From Candidatus Hydrogenedentota bacterium (GTDB lineage: Bacteria; Hydrogenedentota; Hydrogenedentia; Hydrogenedentales; JAEUWI01): 64,000 nt of DNA. Shown here piece after piece: positions 28,701-34,749 of this stretch. The notes under the pieces were generated by a model. The model was not told where the DNA came from and searched no databases. It saw nothing but the letters and a program-made list of their open reading frames with translations. How positions within the stretch are numbered: position 1 is the stretch's first letter; the number at the start of each line of letters is the position of its first letter. A program made the translations under genes and the position numbers. Location of the stretch: assembly GCA_019637335.1 (NCBI GenBank), contig JAHBVV010000004.1, positions 80,471-144,470 of the forward strand. Reading direction: 5' to 3'.

Positions 28701-30948
28701 CGCGCTTCTCCGTGAGTTGCATCACGAATTCGTCGAATTCGGCGAAGCGCCCTTCCAGCTCCTCGATCTGCACCATCACCCGCGTGAGGTACTCGTCGCA
28801 TTTCGGGATGGTGTCGCACAGGTCGATGTAGTTCGCCACGGCCTGATTCAGCAGCTTGATCTGCGAGTTGAACTCGGCGATCCCCTCGGAGCGCCCCAGG
28901 TCGCGGGTCTTGTTCTTCAAGTGCGACCGCGTCTTGTTCAGCGTGGCGAAAATTTCCGAAATTGCGTCGATAATCGCCGTGCGCTGGGTCGCGTCCTCAA
29001 TACGCAGGTTGCTCACGACGTCGATCAGCAATTCCAGGTCCGCCGCCTGCCGATCGATCTCTTCGCCGAGCGCGCGGGCGTCCGACACCTTCTGGAGCCC
29101 GTCGATCTTGCCGGCGTGACCCTGAACGGCTTTCTCGTAGGGCGCCAGCGACTCCGGGCGCAGCAGAAACTCGACGCAGCGCTGCCCGAGATCCTCCGCC
29201 AGCCCCGCCAGCCCCTCCTGAAGCGCCTCCACGGCGGGCAGGTCCATGTATTTCACATCGCGCAGGGCGATGATGCGCCCCCGGCACGCGCGCACGCCCG
29301 CGAGCGAGTCCACAAAGTCGTGGATACTCTCGAACAAACGCGCGCCCGCCGCTTTCGTGATTTCGTCGGCCTCGGCGGCGGCGGCGGCGAGCTGTTCTTT
29401 CGCGTTCCGCCGCGCGTTGGAGACCTTCTCGAATTCGCTGATCGCCGCCTGGCCGGCATCCCGGATGGCGCTAAGGTCGACCTTCAGATTGAAGGTTTCC
29501 TCGTTCCCGATCCAGTGGTACACGTCAAACATGACGCTGATTTTCTTGACGATATCGCCGTAGAGATTGGCGTAGCTATCCTCCTTGGCAATGAGATTCA
29601 GCACCTCGTTGCAGTCCGCCATGCCGCGGACAATATCCTTGTTGCCAATTTTGAACAGCATGGAGTCCGACTGCTCGGCAACGGGCAGGTCCGCGCTGCG
29701 GTAGGGCGTCTGCCAGATCTGCAGGGCGTGATTCCGCTGGGCTTCCGGCGCCGCCTTGAAATAGATCATCTCGCCGTTCTTGAAGATGGAGTATCCGTTG
29801 CAGGGAATCGGCGTGTCCACGGTCTGCGTGATCACGTTGTAGGAAAGCAGGACGTAGTCGCCCTTCTCCCGGTTGTAGAAGACGAACAGATAGTCCTCCC
29901 CGTTGCTGGAGGGGAGCCGCTTTTCGAAGAGCATGTCCCGGTAGCCGCCGCCGAAGGACTTCTGCTCGCCGGTCTGCAAAACGTACCCGTTGGCGTGGAT
30001 GATCCCGTGCTCCTCGGGAAGCAGCACGCAGGATTCCTGGATGGCGTCGATCCGGTAGACCTTCTGGTTCTTCTCGCAGAAGACCAGGTAGCGCCACGCA
30101 TTTTCCTGGTACGGCCGGATCTTGAGCAGGATCAGGTTCCCCACGATCGCGTAGAAGAACTCCGCATCGTCCAGCGTCTGGTCCTTGTCCTCCACCGGCT
30201 CCTGATAGATGCCGAGGCCGCTTTCGGTGTTGTTCTCCACCTTCACCGTCAGGTCGCCGCCCACGGTTTCGACGAACACCCGGTCTTCGATGGAGACGTG
30301 CGGGTGGCGCCCCTGGTAGTGCATGTCGCGGTGGGTGCGCTTCCACTCGAACTCGTGTTGCGGCGGAAAGCGGTACTCGTGATCGCTGCGGTTGTCCATA
30401 TACCGCAGCGCGTCGCCGTCCACGGCCCACTTGAAGACCTTCACGTCCGTGACGTTCTTCCCCACGCGGAACACCATGAACAGGTGCGGGCCGATGAAGG
30501 AGAACTTGGCGAAAACGGTGTTCTTGTAGTACTTGAACAGCTCCTGGAAGTCCCGCGCGAAGGTCTCGTCGCCGATCAGGTCGAGGGGCTCGCGAACGAG
30601 CGTGCGCCCGTCGAGCCGGTAGACCGAGAACACGTCCTCCAGCGCGATCTGCGACTTCAGGCCGATGTGCACGTTGTACCCGAAGATAAACCGGTCGCCG
30701 ATCGGCGCCATATCCCGCGGAATGCAGCTGTGATCGGTCGTAATGTGCTCGGTGGCGAGCAGCTTCGTCTCGATCGCGCCGAAAACGGCCTTCCGCGCGG
30801 CGTTGAGCTTTTCCAGCCGCTCCTGGAGCGCCTTCCCGCCTTTCGCGAGGCGGTTGCGTATGATTTCATACGCGCCCGCCTCCAGGCTGTCGCCGCCCGC
30901 TCCGTCGAGCGCGTCGGGGGCCGGAGCCATCTTTTCCACTTCAGCCAT
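25771..30948 (-). CDS. giant (1725 aa) multidomain protein: beta-rich N-terminus, ~500-aa coiled coil, MoxR/AAA_5-like ATPase domain
   Basis: Walker A LLLISPPGYGKTTLMEY (nt ~27076-27126), Walker B VMLYVDDIQH, sensor VVMAGNPY. Heptad-rich region LKVDLSAIRDAG...EELEGRFAEFDEF... Stop-free ORF with coherent codon usage. Confidence 0.85.
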   Translation of the reverse strand: MAEVEKMAPAPDALDGAGGDSLEAGAYEIIRNRLAKGGKALQERLEKLNAARKAVFGAIETKLLATEHITTDHSCIPRDMAPIGDRFIFGYNVHIGLKSQIALEDVFSVYRLDGRTLVREPLDLIGDETFARDFQELFKYYKNTVFAKFSFIGPHLFMVFRVGKNVTDVKVFKWAVDGDALRYMDNRSDHEYRFPPQHEFEWKRTHRDMHYQGRHPHVSIEDRVFVETVGGDLTVKVENNTESGLGIYQEPVEDKDQTLDDAEFFYAIVGNLILLKIRPYQENAWRYLVFCEKNQKVYRIDAIQESCVLLPEEHGIIHANGYVLQTGEQKSFGGGYRDMLFEKRLPSSNGEDYLFVFYNREKGDYVLLSYNVITQTVDTPIPCNGYSIFKNGEMIYFKAAPEAQRNHALQIWQTPYRSADLPVAEQSDSMLFKIGNKDIVRGMADCNEVLNLIAKEDSYANLYGDIVKKISVMFDVYHWIGNEETFNLKVDLSAIRDAGQAAISEFEKVSNARRNAKEQLAAAAAEADEITKAAGARLFESIHDFVDSLAGVRACRGRIIALRDVKYMDLPAVEALQEGLAGLAEDLGQRCVEFLLRPESLAPYEKAVQGHAGKIDGLQKVSDARALGEEIDRQAADLELLIDVVSNLRIEDATQRTAIIDAISEIFATLNKTRSHLKNKTRDLGRSEGIAEFNSQIKLLNQAVANYIDLCDTIPKCDEYLTRVMVQIEELEGRFAEFDEFVMQLTEKREEAYNAFESRKIQLQERQNKRATALMQAADRILNGIKSRVATFKAVEEIHAYFASDLMIEKVRGIIDELRDLGDTVKLDDVQSRLKTIGEDAVRQLKDRLDLFTEGENVIRFGAHKFTVNTFDLALTTVMRDGEMYFHLAGTNYFDPIRDEAFLATRDLWSQEVMSENDSVYRAEYLAYLILEETRAPGGMELEELRAMSPEALQAFIQKYMGSRYSEGYVKGVHDHDAALILRALLDMEASIGLLAFHPIARALASVFWHQFREEETKARIASTLKGFGVIRELFGDAEAQRHYTAELHGLIDAYLAETEAFDPIWAGEAARYLFEILVRGGGAAISENADRLYQDFLMHLKKNDFAARFEASLNEARPNPNSAFLLCRDWAGAFVRSRGVAVERDYVDETAALILTGDHDISRIIHATSTAELSGLAGSHALLEGGKYLLNYNTFMARLAAYRQETVPRYEAYVARKKQLVEDEAVALRLDEFKPRVLTSFVRNRLIDNVYLPLIGDNLAKQIGAAGDQKRTDRSGMLLLISPPGYGKTTLMEYIANRLGLIFMKINGPALGHQVTSLDPSEATNAAAREELAKLNLALEMGDNVMLYVDDIQHCNPEFLQKFISLCDAQRKIEGVHKGRTRTYDLRGKKVAVVMAGNPYTESGEKFQIPDMLANRADTYNLGEIIGDSADDFETSYLENCLTSNPVLNQLAARSQDDVYAIIRMAQTGSREGIDLKGSFSLDEVNSMVNVMKKLLFVRDTVLTVNKEYIRSAGIHEDYRTEPAFKLQGSYRNMNRIAERVLDLLNDAELRTLINSSYEGDSQTLTSGAEANMLKFKELTGQLSESEAERWASIKKTFTKNLKLKGLGDDQAVGQVLVQLGSINDGLESIAAAMKSGAAQMAASREATEAAPVHEPVPTTVNVVSKVPAALVGVMSEQFKLMQGWLAPIFKETREQTEEMKRLKALMDENLERYQVLLDELQDK

Positions 30949-30998
30949 GGGTGCATCTCCCTCGTGATTCCATCACGCGAACCTCGGGCCTGCGCCCA

Positions 30999-33008
30999 TC
31001 AGAGGATCTGGCTGAGTTTCTTCTTGCTGAAGCCGAACTGCTTCGCCAAGCCGGCGAGGATGTCGAACTCGCCCTCGTCGGCTTCGGATTCGGCAAGCCC
31101 GCGCATCTTGTTGAGCAGCGCCGCGACGGACAGGTTCTTCACGTCCTCGCTGCCGATGCCAAACTGCTGCGTGAACTGCTCCATCCGCGCCTTGAAATAG
31201 GCCGGATCGCCGTTGAAGAAGGTATTCTTCACGTCGGTCAACGCGCGGCTGTTGTCCACCAGGCGATCGACGGACTTCCCGTTGGTGATCGCGCTCGTGA
31301 TCTTGTCGAAGAACTGCGCCTCGCCGCCGACGATGTCGATCCGGGCGCTCTTGAGGGCCTCTCCCAGGATGGCCGCCTGCTGGCGCGCGATCTCTTCCTG
31401 CGCCGCGATAGCCGCCAGTTCGATGGCCTTCGTCTTTTCCAGGTTGAGCTTGAACTCCTCGTGCTCGCGGCCGACCTCGTTGAAGAGCTTCATCGCCTCG
31501 GCCTTGTCCGTGATGCCCTTGGCGTCGGCCTCGAACTTAAGCTGCATCACCTCGGCTTCCGCCTCGCCCTGCTTCTTCGTCGCCGCCGCGCGCGCTTCCA
31601 GGCCCCTCGCCTCGGCGACGGCCTTGCTCTCGATCACCGCCGCCTCCGCCAGGCCCGCCGCCGCCTGCTCCGCCGTCACGCCCTCGGCCAGCAGCTTCTT
31701 GCCCACCGCCTCGCGCTCGCTCGCGTCGCGCAGCGCCTCGGCCGAAATGACCTGCTCTTCCGCGCTGAACCGGGCCGCGTCGCGGCGCGCCTCGGCCGCC
31801 TTGATCTCCTTGACGAGGGCTTCCTGGGCATTCTGCTCGGCCGCCGTAATCGCGACTTTCTTGGCGCGTTCGGCGGTCGCGAATTCCTGCGTGTCCTTGA
31901 TGCGCTCCTGCTCCTCGACCACCGCCCGCTCGACGATCACCCGCTCGCGGATCACGTCCTGGATCGCCTTCTTCTCCACCTCGATGGCCTTGTCCTTCTC
32001 GATGGCCGCCAGCGCCACCACGCGCTCCCGTTCCGTCGCTTCGAGCATGCGGTCCTTCTCCACGCGCTCCTTCTCCACCTGGTCCGTGCGCTCCTTGTTG
32101 CGCAGCGCCACGATCACCTGCCGGTCCTTGTTCTCGTTCGCGATCGCCACCTCTTCCTCGGTGGTGATCCGCGCGCGCTCGGACTTCAGGCGCTCCTCTT
32201 CCTTGATTTTCGCGGCCTCGGCCTGCTCGCGCGCCTGCACGGACTCGATCTCGCGCAGCTGCTTCGCTTCCGCCTCCGCCTGCTGGCGCTCCAGCTCCAG
32301 GATCGCCTCCCGCGCCTCCACGTCCTGCTTCTTTATGATCTTTTCCTTGTCGCGCGTGATGCTGTTCGCCAGAATCTGCTGCTGCGCGGTCAGGTCCGTG
32401 ATCTTCTTGATGCCCTCGGAATCCAGGATGTTGTTCGGATCCAGCTGGTTCATCGGCGTCTGTTCGAGGTAGTCGATCGCCGCGTCGTCCAGCACGTACC
32501 CGTTCAGGTCCCGACCGATAATATTGAGGATCTCTTCCTTGAACTCCTCCCGCGACGTGTACAGCGCGATGAAATCAAACTTCTTGCCCACGGTCTTCAG
32601 CGCTTCGGAAAACTTCGCGTCGAACAGCTCCTCCAGCTTCGACTCCTCCGACGCGCGCGCCGCGCCGATGGACTGCGCCACCTTGAGCACGTCTTCCTCG
32701 TTGTTGTTGACGCGCACGAAGAACGCCACCTTGATGTCCGCGCGGACGTTGTCCTGGCAGACCAGGCCTTGCGCGCCGTGCCGGAAGATCTCGATGCGCC
32801 GCACGGAGATGTCCATGACCTCATGCTGGCGTATCAGCGGCAATACGATTGCCTTCGAGAAATGCACCGAGGGCTTGCTGCCGCCGGTGATAATGAGCGC
32901 CGTGCCCTGTTCGACCTTCCGCCAGCATTTGATCACCATCACCATAATGGCGACCGCAATGACGCCCACGAAGAGCGCCACTATCCCAATGAGTCCCTGC
33001 ATTTTCAA
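30999..33008 (-). CDS. flotillin / SPFH (band-7) domain protein, YqiK/FloT-like
   Basis: N-terminal TM, then SPFH core (KCWRKVEQGTALIITGG...DISVRRIEIFRHGAQGLVCQDNVRADIKVAFFVRV). Long EA-rich coiled coil and flotillin C-terminal region. Confidence 0.85.
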   Translation of the reverse strand: MKMQGLIGIVALFVGVIAVAIMVMVIKCWRKVEQGTALIITGGSKPSVHFSKAIVLPLIRQHEVMDISVRRIEIFRHGAQGLVCQDNVRADIKVAFFVRVNNNEEDVLKVAQSIGAARASEESKLEELFDAKFSEALKTVGKKFDFIALYTSREEFKEEILNIIGRDLNGYVLDDAAIDYLEQTPMNQLDPNNILDSEGIKKITDLTAQQQILANSITRDKEKIIKKQDVEAREAILELERQQAEAEAKQLREIESVQAREQAEAAKIKEEERLKSERARITTEEEVAIANENKDRQVIVALRNKERTDQVEKERVEKDRMLEATERERVVALAAIEKDKAIEVEKKAIQDVIRERVIVERAVVEEQERIKDTQEFATAERAKKVAITAAEQNAQEALVKEIKAAEARRDAARFSAEEQVISAEALRDASEREAVGKKLLAEGVTAEQAAAGLAEAAVIESKAVAEARGLEARAAATKKQGEAEAEVMQLKFEADAKGITDKAEAMKLFNEVGREHEEFKLNLEKTKAIELAAIAAQEEIARQQAAILGEALKSARIDIVGGEAQFFDKITSAITNGKSVDRLVDNSRALTDVKNTFFNGDPAYFKARMEQFTQQFGIGSEDVKNLSVAALLNKMRGLAESEADEGEFDILAGLAKQFGFSKKKLSQIL

Positions 33009-33081
33009 ACCCTCCAGTATCGATCCGTTGGTGAGTAGTTGTTGTCAATCCGGGGCCGGAGCCCGCCGCCGTCGCGATGCC

Positions 33082-33732
33082 CTATACCGCGTCTGGCTCC
33101 GTCTTATTCACGCTTCCTTCAAAGGGAGCGATAATGTACGTTCCATCTTCCTCCCGCGCGACCACCACCGCCTCGTCTCCTTTACGCATGGTGACGCCTT
33201 CGCGGGTCTTCACGTTGAGCAGCAGCGGGGCCCCCTTCATCGGCAATTCCGCCTGCCCGCGCTTCGGCGTGGCCTCCAGCGAGGCCACCACGCACAATTG
33301 CCCGATAATCTGAACCGAATCGCCCGACTCGTCGAACAAGTTTTTGAGCAACGGCACGAACGGCTTCAGCGAAAACCTGGTGAGCACCAGCCCGGCCAGG
33401 AAAATCGGCACAAAAAGCACCGCCGCCAGCAACAGGCTCGCGTTGCCCGTGTAGTAATTGGTGAGAATCGACAGGCACCACATGGAGACGCTCAGCACGG
33501 AAACCACCAGGGTGACCGGCACATCGGCGGCGTACACGAACCGCATCACGGCCCCCAGGCCGAGGCAACCGCTGCCGTCGGCGTCCACGTCGCCATCCCC
33601 CAGATCGAAATCCAGCAGATCGGCCCCGATCGCGCCCGCGATGTAAGTCAGCCAGTACAACCCGCAGAGACCAAACAGGATGGTGTACGGCAAATTTACC
33701 GGCCGGATGGCCTCTTGAAGCACCTCAATCAT
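33082..33732 (-). CDS. YqiJ-like inner membrane protein (DUF1449, NfeD-like partner of flotillin)
   Basis: Start MIEVLQEAIRP. Polytopic membrane N-terminus plus C-terminal soluble beta-rich domain. Sits upstream of the flotillin gene as in E. coli yqiJK. Confidence 0.6.
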   Translation of the reverse strand: MIEVLQEAIRPVNLPYTILFGLCGLYWLTYIAGAIGADLLDFDLGDGDVDADGSGCLGLGAVMRFVYAADVPVTLVVSVLSVSMWCLSILTNYYTGNASLLLAAVLFVPIFLAGLVLTRFSLKPFVPLLKNLFDESGDSVQIIGQLCVVASLEATPKRGQAELPMKGAPLLLNVKTREGVTMRKGDEAVVVAREEDGTYIIAPFEGSVNKTEPDAV

Positions 33733-33856
33733 GCCCTGCACTCCCAAGATACGCAGTCCCGAATACCTGAGGGACGCCATAGTGGCACGACAACACGCCA
33801 CCGGTCAACAGGTGCGCACGTGTTCCCGTGCAGGGAGTACCGTATTGCCCCTGAGT

Positions 33857-34051
33857 TTATTCGATCGCGATGACTTCCAAGGATTCGGCCAGCGCGCTGT
33901 CCGAGGGCGCGAAGGCGCACTGCGTCATGGGACAAGTGGCCCGACCGGCGGTGTGATTGTCCATAAACCACCGGTGGGCGGCGTCGTGGTGAAGGTGAGT
34001 AGGCCTGGCAAGCGCCAGCAGAACGTTCACGTCGAGCAGGGCGACGCTCAA
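33857..34051 (-). pseudogene. vapC: truncated VapC (PIN-domain toxin), N-terminal 64 aa only
   Basis: MSVALLDVNVLLALARPTHLHHDAAHRWF is a PIN N-terminus. The ORF stops after 64 aa where an intact VapC needs ~130. The next gene starts ~55 bp later. Confidence 0.5.
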
Positions 34052-34278
34052 TCCTCTTCCTCGACCCGATGCATGTCCTCAATCGAAATGGGACGCGCCC
34101 CCGGGGCCACCCGGAACATGGGAAACCCCGTTTCGGGCCGCCGGTCAAATTCGGTCGTGGACGCAAGCCCCTGCCGCGCCAGATCGGTAAGAACCCGGCC
34201 AAGAGACACGGACCTTGCCCGCGCGAGTTCGCGCGCTACTTCCAGCAAGTCGTCATCTATAGTTACCGTGGTCTTCAT
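34048..34278 (-). CDS. vapB: VapB-family antitoxin
   Basis: MKTTVTIDDDLLEVARELARARSVSLGRVL. ATGA overlap with the vapC remnant. Confidence 0.65.
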   Translation of the reverse strand: MKTTVTIDDDLLEVARELARARSVSLGRVLTDLARQGLASTTEFDRRPETGFPMFRVAPGARPISIEDMHRVEEED

Positions 34279-34600
34279 AGTTGTAACACTTTAGCCGTAT
34301 GAAATGGCGCCAGCCCATTCTTGTCATGCCGCGATACTACGACGAGAGCGCGCAAGGCTGGGAGCGCAGGCGTCCCCGCCTGCAATGCACCAGAGGTGCA
34401 TGGCGTGTTGGCAATATCGGCACATTTGATCGGGGAGACGATCATACCCGAACTACCGCTGTTTAACAGATTCGCGCCTCCGGCGCGTTGCGGGCGGGCC
34501 GCCCGCGCTCCCATTCGTCCGCACTTCCGTTGCGGCGCAGGATTGTGTCGTCGAGGAATCAAGCCAGCTTCATTCCGCTAGAAGATTACTCATAGTTCAA
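34265..34600 (+). repeat. ~330-bp ORF-less repeated element, copy 1 (second copy at 46905-47240)
   Basis: ~90% identical to 46905-47240 in the same orientation. Begins ttgtaacactttagccgtatgaaat. Track ORFs on both strands inside it are not conserved as proteins between the copies. Confidence 0.7.
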
Positions 34601-34749
34601 CTTTCCCACAGCCTCTCCGGGGTTGTCAAGATGCCCTGGGGCTTCCGCCGCCCGGCTTCGGCCTCCGTTGCGCCCCTTTTCCGGCTGCTCCCGATGCGGT
34701 ACTATATGCCGTGAAAATGCACCGTTCCGCACCCATAGGAAATGAAATC

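Noticed and set aside
26398-33038. Long + strand ORFs of 526, 970, 695 and 419 aa
   Set aside because: All are antisense to the giant ATPase and flotillin genes. They are low-complexity Arg/Leu/Asp-rich shadows.
33857-34051. Intact vapC toxin
   Set aside because: Only 64 codons before the stop, where PIN domains need ~130. Called a truncated remnant instead.
34275-34581. ORFs inside the 330-bp repeated element (also 46898..47219)
   Set aside because: Differences between the two element copies do not preserve protein sequence, and there is no RBS or start context. Treated as noncoding repeat.
34265-34600. RNase P RNA, tmRNA, SRP or 6S identity for the 330-bp element
   Set aside because: None of the universally conserved motifs (GGAAAGUCCGG / ACAGAACCCGGCUUA for RNase P, tag-peptide reading frame and TψC-like 3' end for tmRNA) could be found by eye.
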